Below are positions 1 through 48,800 of a stretch of DNA of 64,000 nucleotides, one piece after another. Position 1 is the stretch's first letter; each line of letters opens with the position of its first letter. This DNA is from Octopus bimaculoides. Lineage: Eukaryota. The translations under genes were made by a program, and so were the position numbers. The notes below the pieces were generated by a model, which saw nothing but the letters and a program-made list of their open reading frames with translations, had not been told where the DNA came from and searched no databases. The stretch lies in assembly GCF_001194135.2 (NCBI RefSeq), contig NC_068993.1, forward strand, positions 55,604,180 through 55,668,179. The letters are read 5' to 3'.

Positions 1-37204
<37,204 letters not shown>

Positions 37205-37952
37205 CAAAACTGACAGTGCAGGTCGTCTTCACCCTAGGTTCTGTTTAATCAATCTTCCTCTACTTCTTCCCTGCATTTTCTCTGCTCCCAACCTCCCTCT
37301 TTACTACCCATTTCTCAGTCCTTTCATTTGTCAATCCCTACCGTCTCTCTTTCTCTTTCCTTACAGCCTGTACAATGATAGGGTCCTGTTTATAAGTGAC
37401 ACTTCATTCCTCTCGGTGCAGTTCAGATTCCTCCAGCTTGTCAATTGGCAGTGATTCCTTTCACTGCTAAACTATCTTTTCTTTTAACGGGGTGTTAATC
37501 ACTTCCAGTTTATTGATAAAGAGGTTATGTTCACAGACATTGCTACCCTCTTATCTACTATGAAGACATTTCCTTCCCTTAAACTAGTTTTGAGGGGCTG
37601 TTGAGGATATGATATACAAAGAAGACAACAAATATGAACGTTAAACGTTAAACTTACTTGACATAATTTCTAACAATAGGTTCACAATAAAAAAAAAAAA
37701 AAAACCTTCAATTTCACAGATTTTTTTCTCAATCTTTTTTTTTTTTTTACCTATTCCATTTCATGCAAATAAATGTTTTTCTTTTTTTTTATTTTTTTTC
37801 CCCTTCTTGTTTTCTGTTTTTTGTTTTTCTTTACCCAAATTGAATTTCCATTTGCTTGTCTGGGCAATGTGATTTTTTTCACAGTATTAATTTACATTGG
37901 CATTTGAGAAAAAAAAAATATAGCACTTGTCTCATGCTGTCTTGGATATTTC

Positions 37953-38636
37953 NNNNNNNNNNNNNNNNNNNNNNNNNNNNNNNNNNNNNNNNNNNNNNNN
38001 NNNNNNNNNNNNNNNNNNNNNNNNNNNNNNNNNNNNNNNNNNNNNNNNNNNNNNNNNNNNNNNNNNNNNNNNNNNNNNNNNNNNNNNNNNNNNNNNNNNN
38101 NNNNNNNNNNNNNNNNNNNNNNNNNNNNNNNNNNNNNNNNNNNNNNNNNNNNNNNNNNNNNNNNNNNNNNNNNNNNNNNNNNNNNNNNNNNNNNNNNNNN
38201 NNNNNNNNNNNNNNNNNNNNNNNNNNNNNNNNNNNNNNNNNNNNNNNNNNNNNNNNNNNNNNNNNNNNNNNNNNNNNNNNNNNNNNNNNNNNNNNNNNNN
38301 NNNNNNNNNNNNNNNNNNNNNNNNNNNNNNNNNNNNNNNNNNNNNNNNNNNNNNNNNNNNNNNNNNNNNNNNNNNNNNNNNNNNNNNNNNNNNNNNNNNN
38401 NNNNNNNNNNNNNNNNNNNNNNNNNNNNNNNNNNNNNNNNNNNNNNNNNNNNNNNNNNNNNNNNNNNNNNNNNNNNNNNNNNNNNNNNNNNNNNNNNNNN
38501 NNNNNNNNNNNNNNNNNNNNNNNNNNNNNNNNNNNNNNNNNNNNNNNNNNNNNNNNNNNNNNNNNNNNNNNNNNNNNNNNNNNNNNNNNNNNNNNNNNNN
38601 NNNNNNNNNNNNNNNNNNNNNNNNNNNNNNNNNNNN
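37953..38636. other. Assembly gap (N run); smaller gaps at about 308, 18611, 23477, 46010, 47869-48036 and 62875
   Basis: Runs of n. Confidence 0.99.
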
Positions 38637-38719
38637 ATCTTGAAGAAAAATAAGTTCTCAGTGTTGGCATGAAAGGGGACAAATAGGTTTAATTTCTCTC
38701 TCTCTCTCTCTTGTTTTTG

Positions 38720-38766
<47 letters not shown>

Positions 38767-40289
38767 TAAAATGAAGTTCTTTCTTGTGATTTTGCTTTCA
38801 ATTGTAAACAAGACTTCAGGAGGTGAGGACTTCATTATATTGTTTCTTACAAGTGTTATGTAAATATTGTTTTCATATGAATGGCATAGCTACATTCACT
38901 GAGGATGAGTTTCTGAAACACTAACACCAAGCAGGCACATTAATACACACACACACACACTCACAGTGGAATGCACGCACACACACACACAACAATTTAT
39001 GTAAGTCATTTTAACCAATCTAGTTTTGGCATTACAAGGAGTTACACACTGTCAGTTATTTTGCAAACAAAGTAGATAGCCTTTCAAAATGGTTGGGAAA
39101 TAATAAAAAGACAAAATGCAGTGAAGAAACATTTTGGATATATTTACATCCCCTCCCCCACCTTCCTACCCTCCTTTTATTATTTTATTTTAAAGATGGT
39201 TTATTTATTTCATTTCATATTGCTATCACATCGCATCAAAACTGAGTTACTTGTCTAACATATCCTCCATTCAAAACCTTTTCACTTAATCACCACTGGT
39301 ATCAAATTTTAGAATTTCATCTCTGGGCATGTGTATATATATGTGTGTGTTTGTGTGCCTATATCTATATATATATGTATATATATGTACACATACACCT
39401 ACACATATTCACAGGCACTCGTGTGTATGTGCGTGGGCATAAATCAATTCAAGGAGAGAATGTTTGAAAATTATTTGTATCTAACTTTTTTTATATCATG
39501 GAAGTTCTAAGTTTTCCAAGACTATTTCAGGAGTATTTTAAATGTTCTCCCAGAATTTCTTTGTCTAGCAACGTGTATCATATGCCAGCTTATTACAACT
39601 GATCTCAGGAATATGGCTATGAATTATAGTGTATCTCTTCGTGCATATATTTTAGTGTATTGAGCTTTTATATATATATAATATAATATAATATACATGC
39701 ACTCGTACACACACACACACGCATATGCATAAACATTTTCTTTACCTCTCAAGAATCTTGAAATGTATAGAATTTTAATAAAAACCTGAAATACGAACAT
39801 GTCATTATCCCATAGACATTCATCAAACAAAAATGTCTTTTTTTTTTATTGTATTTCTTTCTAGATGACCTTTCCCTTCCCTGTCTTTTATGTTAATTTT
39901 TCTCTTTTTTATTTTTTTCCTGCTTTCTCCTTAAAATTACACTTGCATTTTTCTGAGAAAAAAAAAAAAAAAAAGAGAGAGAGACACTGACCAATCTCCT
40001 TCCTTCCAGTAATACCTCTCTACAATCATTCTGAACTGACCAACCTATTGCATTGTCAACTGCTGTTACCATGAACCCCAAATACACAGAAGATCCTTAA
40101 CCTCTGCTCTCTCTTGGTCTACTAAACCTGGCACCATATATATATGTCTCTAGTTGTCCCTCCAACACTAATTACATTTATTTTGGGTGTTCTTATTTAT
40201 TGATTTTTTTTTTTTTTTTTGTAATCTTCAAAGAAGAAAGGGATAGAAGACTTTATTTTACTTAGGTGAGACCTGATACTCAATTTATA

Positions 40290-40424
40290 ATAGTATATAT
40301 ATGTATGTGTATAATATATATATATATATAAATGTATGTATATATTATATATATGTATGTATATAATATATGTATGTATATAATATATATATATATATAA
40401 ATGTATGTATATATTATATATATG

Positions 40425-40469
<45 letters not shown>

Positions 40470-41058
40470 ATGTATATATATGTGTGTGTGTATATATGTA
40501 TAATTTTTTTTTCTAAGGCCTGGTTCTTCTTTATCCCATATTCTCACTGCTGTAACACTTGTACTTTGCATGATACTAATGTAAGCATCCGGTAACCTTT
40601 TTACTATTACTACAAGTACTATTACTCTACTACTACTACTACTACAACTGCTATTGCTAATAAGACTACAACCCCTGATTAAAAGCTGGACATTGTGTAC
40701 AAGTCATTTCTCATCCTCAATAAGATTTCATCCCACATGACCAGACAATTCTCATCTCTCTCTACTACTACTTCTACTACTACTACCACCACCACTACCA
40801 CTTACTAAGTGCCATTTTAAGTACCGGCATCAAAAGTTGCCATTTATCACCACCAACACCAACACTACATGTGCTTGTCAAGAAGTTTTAGATTTCCTCA
40901 AGCATATCTATATATATATTCCATCATATGTATACAATATGTATATATACATATGTACATGAGTATGAGTGTGTGTATATATGTATGTGTGTGCATCATG
41001 TCCCTCTATATATATATATATATATGTATATAAATTGTCATATATATGTATATGTATG

Positions 41059-41089
<31 letters not shown>

Positions 41090-41110
41090 GTGTGTATATA
41101 TATATGGTGC
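40290..41110. repeat. Compound (TA)n/(TG)n/(CTA)n microsatellite field
   Basis: Directly visible simple repeats. Confidence 0.95.
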
Positions 41111-41591
41111 ATGTGAATGTTTGTGAGAGAGTGTATGTTGATATCATTGTTTGCGTAGATAGTCTCAGCAAAGTGTTCGATCCACAAGCCTTTGTTGAAC
41201 TGGGTCATTTGGTTGTCAAAACAAATGGAAGTCAATAAAATGTTTATCCTTTTCTGCTTATTTTGTTTTTTCTTATTGCAACCTGATGTTATATTTGTGT
41301 GTCCGTCCAGTGATGTTCTGATCAGCAGATATTTTTTTTTTATGTCCTTCCACATGAGTTATCACTTAAGTTATTGTTGTCTATCTACGTAGAAACTCAA
41401 CGACCTGCCAGGCAACAGTACCCATGTGTTGAGTTGAATGGCAAACAAATTGGTTGAGACAGATTCATGAAATGTATTGCTCACCCACATCTTTCTTAAG
41501 TTTCTGGAGTTTGAACATCTGCCTCTTTACACTTCTGTTGATCCATGCTCTTTTTTTTTTTTTTTTGCATAGGATTTGTCTATTACAACAT

Positions 41592-41812
41592 TACGAGAGC
41601 GTGCTAAAAAATTCTTGGCTTTAAGGGTATCGCAAAAAGCCTGGTTGGAAACCCAACCTCCCAAGTTCTTTGACAGGGCTTAGAAAAACTGAATGACTGC
41701 TACAATAAATGTGTGAATCTGAGAGAGGAATATGTTGAATAAAATCCTAATTAACTGATCCTCCTGTGTTTTCTTTTACCCAAAGCCAGGAACTTTTCAG
41801 CACCCCCTCGTA
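41592..41812 (+). mobile_element. Mariner-derived MITE, copy 1
   Basis: TA-flanked TIRs TACGAG.G.GTGCT.AAAA.TTC.TGGCTTT; interior keeps the transposase C-terminus GLEKLNDCYNKCVNLREEYVE*. Confidence 0.82.
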
Positions 41813-42196
41813 TATTTAATAACTGGCACTCCAGAAAAGTAACATGTACATATACATAAGGCTCTTGTAACTTGTAAGACCATTGATAGTTTCATTTGCC
41901 TCCTGGTCAATTAAACTACTGTCATCATGGCTGTTACCTCTCAAAAGACATCCACAGCCATTTAATATCATTTCATCATGGGACTTTATTTTCTATTGCA
42001 ATTGATGAACAATAACATCATTGATTATAGGTTTCAAACAAGCTAATCACTGATACAATGTATTTCTGGTAACGTGTGAGAAAAGAGTGTTTAACTCATT
42101 ACACATCAAATATAGCTTGAGGGACTTTGTAAAAACACTGGTGGTTCAGTTTTCTCATTAATCTTCATATATCAATAAATATTGATGAACAATATG

Positions 42197-42408
42197 TACG
42201 AGGGAGTGCTGAAAAGTTCCTAGCTTTAAGGGTATCGTGAAAGGCTTGGTTGGAGGCCCAACCTGATGAGTTCTTTTACAGGGCTTAGAAAAACTGAAGG
42301 ACCGCTACAATAAGTGTGAATCTGAGAGTATGTTGAATAAAATCATAATTAACTGATCCGCCAGTTTTCTTATACCCCAAACCAGGAACTTTTCAGTGCC
42401 TGCTCATA
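42197..42408 (+). mobile_element. Mariner-derived MITE, copy 2
   Basis: Same structure; GLEKLKDRYNKC remnant. Confidence 0.8.
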
Positions 42409-42409
42409 T

Positions 42410-42660
42410 ATGGTAAGAAGTTTGGTTCTAGGTTCAGTCCTGCTGTGTAGCACCTTGGGCAAGTATTTTCTACTCTAGCCTTAGGCTGACCAGAGTCCAT
42501 CATATATGTATTTGTGTTATGTTTGCCACCCCCTGCTTGGAACATGTGGGTTGGTTTGTGTCCCTCATAACATAGCTGTTCAGCAAAAGGAACTGATAGA
42601 ATAAATACTGAAGTTGATTTTGTTCACCTAAGAACCCAGCATGACTGAAACGAGTAAAAG
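42410..42660 (+). mobile_element. SINE family B, 5'-truncated or degraded
   Basis: TGGTAAGAAG...GGTTCAGTCC...CACCTTGGGCAAG. Confidence 0.65.
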
Positions 42661-42938
42661 CTAAAAAATATACACACAGACATACATATACATGTGGCAG
42701 GCTTCTCTACAGTTTCTGTTTGCCAAATTCCATTTAACTAAATATTGGTTAGTCTTGGAGAAGAGACTTGTTTAATGTATCCCAGAGTAGAACCAAACAC
42801 AATGGACTTCACAGCATAGCAGTGCCTGTATCTTTAAAGCAACATTGGGTTTCTATTCTAACCTCTACAATAAAATGTTTCCAAGCCCTGGAAAGGGTAA
42901 AATTTAAGACAACTATAGAATTTGAACCTCATCAGTTT

Positions 42939-43272
42939 GTGAAGGTGCATGGCTCAATGGTTACAGCATCAGGCTCACAATCATGAAGTAGTGAGTTTGA
43001 TTCCTGGACCAGACTATTGTATTCTTGAGCAAGACACTTTATTTCATGTTGCTCCAGTTCACTCAGCTGTAGAAATGAGTTGCGATGTCACTGGTGCCAA
43101 GCTATATCGGCCCTTGCCTTTCCCTTGAATAACATCAGTGGTGTGGAGAGAGGAGGCTGGTATACACAGGTGACTGCTGGTCTTCCATAAACAGCCTTGC
43201 CCGGACTTGTGCCTCGGAGAGGAACTTCCTTCGTTCAATCCCATGGTTATTCATGACCAAAGAGGGTCTTTT
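42939..43272 (+). mobile_element. tRNA-type SINE family C (GAAGGTGCATGGCT..GTGGTTAG head)
   Basis: A/B-box-like head and CTTGAGCAAGACACTTTATTTCA core shared with 57900-58212, but with a different 3' half. Confidence 0.75.
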
Positions 43273-43326
43273 GTCAGTGTTAACTTGTATCCAAGTAGTA
43301 GATCTGTAGCAAGTGATTGACCCTCT

Positions 43327-43830
43327 TCATCTTGATTGGTGCAAAGGGAGCCGGTGGCTGTTCAGACCAAGGGTTGTATAGAAGAGCTGGAGGCACTTAT
43401 TGCAGGGGGACAAGTAAGTGCAAGTGATACTTTTTGCATATTTGACGTTTGATCTCAGCCTCTTGAAAACCGTTATTCTCCATCTGGTCTGTTCCTGTGA
43501 CGATGACATGCTGTCACTTTGGATTGCACTTGGGTCAATGGGGCAGCAGAAGGGAGCTAGTCTCAGAAGTGGAATTTGGGGGGTTCCGTGTGATCTGATA
43601 GCTGAGGCCAATTCCACAAAGAGGAATTGCCATGAGAGGCCTGTTTGAGGTATACGTACGATGTGCCCCAACTAGTGGGGGCAGCTCAGAGCAGAACCTT
43701 GTCATTGGTAATGTAGTCTTTCCATTGAATCCTCATGATTGCTCAAAGTTTGTGCCAGCACCTATAGCTGTGCTTCTTGTTGAACAGACCTGCTTAATCT
43801 GTCTTCTACATTACAAGATCTATGTAAGGT
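43327..43830 (-). mobile_element. RTE-clade LINE ORF2 C-terminal fragment (degraded)
   Basis: IMRIQWKDYITNDKVL, MGHIVRIP and a terminal C..C...F....GL.SH motif (PCNKCLQLFYTTLGLNSHR). Confidence 0.7.
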
Positions 43831-45054
43831 TTTAATCCAGAACTAAGTGACTAAAATGATCACCATTCAACCACTTCCATCCTGATGGATTAAGTCTAGT
43901 CACAATGTTCACTCTTTCACATTGACCAGTTTTCAATGTGGGGCAGCCACACTCGCATGTCTGCTTTCTCTCTTGACTACTGAAGATTAATTACATTTCT
44001 CTCCTGCCATTATGGTGTTGATGTGGAAGTGTCTATAGCAGTATACCTACACTACATTAATGCTGAAGTAGAAGTAGCAGCAGTTTCATATCTGTTCCAC
44101 ATTTCCCTGCCACCCCAAATTCTCTGGCTCAAACTTCCGTTTTAAAGCGATCCAAATTAAAATCTTCCATCGAAATATTTTGTGATTCCATGTTCAAAAC
44201 ACAAGCTTGACAACGACAAGTTATTTTACTAAATTCCTCATTTTTTTGAAACAAAAGCAGTGCATTTCAATAGAACAAAAGGATGAACTACATGCAAGAG
44301 AAGCAGGGAAGAGTAATGTCCCCTTGTTCAAAACAGTCAGATTTGAAACTTGACAATTTGTTATTAGTAAACATTGATATATATGACGGAAGATGTATAG
44401 ATGATTAAGTAACCCACGGTATAGAACAGGCTCATAATTTGTCGACTTCAGCAAAATTCGAAATTTATGTCAGAATGTTGTAAGCAAACTATATCAAAAA
44501 AAAAAAGGCACAGGGTGATGTTCATATAGATATGTGTTTGTGTCATTTCAAAACATCAGCCCTCGGTTTGCATCCTATTTTGTCCAGTTTTTTAAATGTA
44601 CGTCCATATTTTGGATACATTGTGGTACGTTTTATAAAATCTTATTGAAAAATTAAGTAAAAACAATGATTTTGCTGTTGTATATTTATTGTAGAAAAGA
44701 AATTACTTGAGATTTTAGTTTTAGTTGGAGACAGGAAACAATAACTCCAAAGCAATTGTTAGTGACTTGCAGATAATTTCATATTAGAAAGATAAAGTTG
44801 GAGAATTTTTGTAAAATACTGAAATTCGAAATATGAATCTCTCAAATTAATTTCCATGTTTACTGAAAGGACTGGTAAATGTTTTTGCAAGGAAGGGACA
44901 ACTACGGATATGTTTCAGCTTCTTAGACCTCATCAGCACAGTACAGCTTCATTAAGCCTCTATAACAGTGGATAGATTTTTACAGGTGCAGGCATGGCTG
45001 AGGAGTTAAAAAGCTTTTGGAACATAATAACCGCGATAGCCGAGGGATTAGTGT

Positions 45055-45085
<31 letters not shown>

Positions 45086-45274
45086 GTGTGTGTGTATACA
45101 TGCATATATATTCTTTGTATTATATATACCTATATGTGTATATATATATATTAAGATTTAGATTCAAAATTGAATGTATGTATATATATATATATATGTA
45201 TGTGTATGTATATATCTATATGAATGTATATATATATATGTGTGTGTGTGTGTGTGCATGTATATCTGTCTATC

Positions 45275-45308
<34 letters not shown>

Positions 45309-45494
45309 GTAATCCCCCGACTATATATATATGAGACCGAGTACGCTGAAGAAAGATGAAATTGCCTGTTATTTTATACAGCATGGAGATTGAGTCCAAC
45401 AGCTAACTTACCAGAATACAAAAACTATAAAACAACGTAAAATGCTAAAAGCGTCGAGAGAGAAGAGAATGCAGAGAAATTAAAAAGAGATGTT

Positions 45495-45690
45495 GAGAAG
45501 GCGGGGGAGGTGTTGTTATCTGCGATGCTGATTGGTCGTTTACAAAGCATGTGACCACCATCCGCCAAAAGATGATGGGTAGGGTTTATCAAAATTGTCG
45601 CACCTGCGCAGTTGCCATTCCGATTATCTCCTCCCCTCCCTCCACATTCCTTCTCATTCTCGCACCTGTCTCTCTCTCTTTCAATTAATG
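45495..45690 (+). promoter_or_regulatory. Probable TATA-less FKBP12 promoter / 5' end
   Basis: CpG-retaining region with GC box GGCGGG (45500), inverted CCAAT (GATTGG 45529), E-box CATGTGAC (45548), TGCGCA (45605) and a pyrimidine tract about 150-210 nt upstream of the ATG; motif words only. Confidence 0.5.
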
Positions 45691-45837
45691 TTGGTTTGTG
45701 TCGAGGAGTGGAACACCAATCTTGCGGGGACCAGTTTGTTATCTTTTACTGTGTTTTAACCGAATCGAAACAGGACTCTTACGGAAGAAAAGCAACCTGC
45801 TAAATCATAGCTAGACCAATATATCTGTTTGAACAAT

Positions 45838-45874
45838 ATGGGCGTTACAGTTGAGAAAATCAGTGACGGCGACT
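45838..45874 (+). CDS. FKBP1A: FKBP12 exon 1 ([12 protein letters not shown])
   Basis: ATG at 45838; 37 nt; GACT|gtaagt. Confidence 0.93.
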
Positions 45875-48800
45875 GTAAGTAAAATTGAATCGAGCTTGTT
45901 ATACTGTTCTTCTTTTTACTTTTGTTATATATCTATATAGGTTATATATAAACTGCATATGTATACAGGATATATATATATATGTGAGATTTATATAGGA
46001 TATATATATNNNNNNNNNNTCTCTAACTCTCTCTCTCTCTATATCTATATAACGCATATAGAAATCGTAAAATATAGTGTTCGTTGAATTGACTCCCGAT
46101 ACAGGTTCGATCCTTCGTAGGAAGAAAACTATTTTTCACCTACGTTACTTGCCCTCACAAAGAATTCGGGCTAATGCAGTAGCCCCAATTTTCATTAGAA
46201 ACTATTATTTCAAATATCACCGAGGTCCACGTCGCCTTTCTTTTTACTGGGGTATATAAAACAAGTACTAGTCAAGTACTAGGGTAGCTTTAGACTACTA
46301 TTTCCTCCCACCAAATTTGTGGCCGTGAGCCAGTGTTAGGAATTATTATTATTGTTGTTGTGAAGTGGCCTAGACAGTATGGTTGTTACTGGACTACATT
46401 ATTGCAGTATTTAGTTTCGTTCCTAAGTTCAAAACTTGCTGAGAATGACTTTAGCCTTCAACTCTATCCAATTATCAACAAAATATACTGGAGCCAACTT
46501 GATCGGTTGTTAATTATTCGTCCCCTTATATGCATAGTCAAAACGAAATATTTACCACTATAACAACCATAATTATCACTACTTCTAAAGCCATAATATC
46601 ACTATTATTATCATCATTACCATTAAGCACCATCATTATCATTACCGTCATCATCATCGCCATCATTTATCACCACCAGCTGCATCACCATCGTTATTTA
46701 TCATTATCTGCAAGAAGATAGATAAAACATCGGGAAAGAGAGAGTTGTAATTTGTGTAGTAACTACTTCAGTACGGTATTATTCCGAGTTGAAATCATGT
46801 TGGGAAGCAACCTTTGTTGCTGTTTATCATTCGGGTGACAGGAAGATCATCAATTTCTGTAACTAAAATTGCCCTTTCCTATGCATTTAGAAACGGACAT
46901 TGTTCTTAATGAAACAACTTTTTGGTAGATGGAGCGCCCGATTAGTTACGCTATTTTAGTCTATGTATTTTGATCCCAACAATACGGTGACAGTAATAGT
47001 AGACTGACAATAACATTAGATTGTCTATGGACAATCATGTTTGGATACCGTTCATCCTTTTCCTTTCTGGGGTTGATAAAATAATGTCCCAATCAAGGGG
47101 CCTCGACGCGACTGACTTCCTTCCCCTCACAACTGGAGCCAGATGGTCTTGACCGCCGGGATTGCAAGCGCCCCTGACGGAATAACCCTCTTCTTTGTAG
47201 GATAGAGGCAAATCCCTGGTCTGGGACGCGACGCGCTGCTATGTTCTTCGGCTCCAACCTTGATGCATCGGCCTCAAATCCAGGTGTCGCCATTCGTTAC
47301 TCGGAGGAGAGGAAAATAAACAAATACAAGAGTCTGGTCGGCCACTATCTGCTTGTGCCAGTGGCCATCGACATCTAGAGTGCTCTCCGACTCCGCTCTG
47401 CTGGTTACCCCAGCAAATTCGGCATAACTGCAGTCCGTCTGGGAAACGATCCTCGCGAGGTAGGGTGGCTGTTGCAGCTGTGTTGCTGGCCATTTTCCTT
47501 GGCAATTATATATTGAGGTGTGACGAACACGCCATTTGTTCTGAGTTGTCCAACCTGTTACTCCCTCCCCTCCATATTTTGTTGCTTAATCCCCCCTCCC
47601 CTTTTCTGTTTTTTTTTTTTGTTCCTTGGTGAGCTCTGGGTTTTTTTCTCTATAATTTTGATCGTTTATATTATTAGTGTTTTTTCTTTCTTTTCTTCCT
47701 GTAAAAAGTATGTCATTAATAAATAGATAAAAGAAATTTTTCAAACGTACTGGGGTTCAAACAAAATGTGCGGTTTTGTGCAGTATCTTGTTACGGCGCT
47801 TTATCTTCATCCTTCCTTGGTTGAAAAAGTAAATAAATACCAAGCATTGGGGTGGGGCTCCGTCTAATNNNNNNNNNNNNNNNNNNNNNNNNNNNNNNNN
47901 NNNNNNNNNNNNNNNNNNNNNNNNNNNNNNNNNNNNNNNNNNNNNNNNNNNNNNNNNNNNNNNNNNNNNNNNNNNNNNNNNNNNNNNNNNNNNNNNNNNN
48001 NNNNNNNNNNNNNNNNNNNNNNNNNNNNNNNNNNNNATTTGCAAAAATATTGGCAAAGATCGACATTTCTAAACCTCCCCCCATTTCCTTCATTTTAAAC
48101 TTTTTTCAAAATATGCGGAAAAATACGGAGATTATGATTCTGAAAAAAAATTTTTTTTAAGAATTTTTTTTTCTAAATACGTGGAAAAATACGGACATTA
48201 TGATTCGGACAAAAATTTCAAAACGTTTCTGTACTTACGGTTAGGGTTTTAGGGTTAGTGTTGGGGAAAAAAGTCAAAATTGAAGATGTTGGGGAGGGGA
48301 GGAACTTCACAATGCCGATTTTTGGCAAAAAATTTTTTTTTAAATAAACAAATTAGGGAGAAAATAGTGGGGGGACGGGACGGGCGGAAGTCTTTCCGAA
48401 ACACCAAGTGCTAGGATTGACTAACCCCCTCCACTCAAAATTGCTGACCTTCTGCCGAAATTAGTAATATTCCTCCTATTAGTAGAATCTTGCAACAACA
48501 CCGTACTCTCAATGACAATCTTTAGACTTTGTTTGTTTAGTACTAGGTCAACCCTGGTTGAGCATGCTTATGATCACTGGCATTCCAACAGTGACCATCC
48601 AAAAGAATGTAGGGTGTGATTTCAGAGGGACTTGGCCCCTATTTCTAACAGATTGAATGACCACATAGAGCAGACATGGGGCACCCTATTTCGAGAAGAG
48701 GGCTGCAGGAGATATGACTCATCGTCAGGCAGGCTTCACTACTAAGAGTTTTCGTTGGGCATGTCGTTCAGAAAGAGTCCCATGGGTCACAGGTTGCCAA

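Noticed and set aside
37448-37467. CAGTGA-containing hairpin in the Brahma 3' UTR as an iron-responsive element
   Set aside because: CAGTGA forms the stem, not the loop; there is no C-bulge plus 5-bp upper stem.
37856-38682. Long ORFs in the ORF track (265, 267 and 238 aa; also 47757-48160)
   Set aside because: They are artefacts of translating through N gaps.
40197-41392. Several YI/CV-rich ORFs (also 45082-45359 and 25053-25336)
   Set aside because: They are translations of (TA)n/(TG)n microsatellites.
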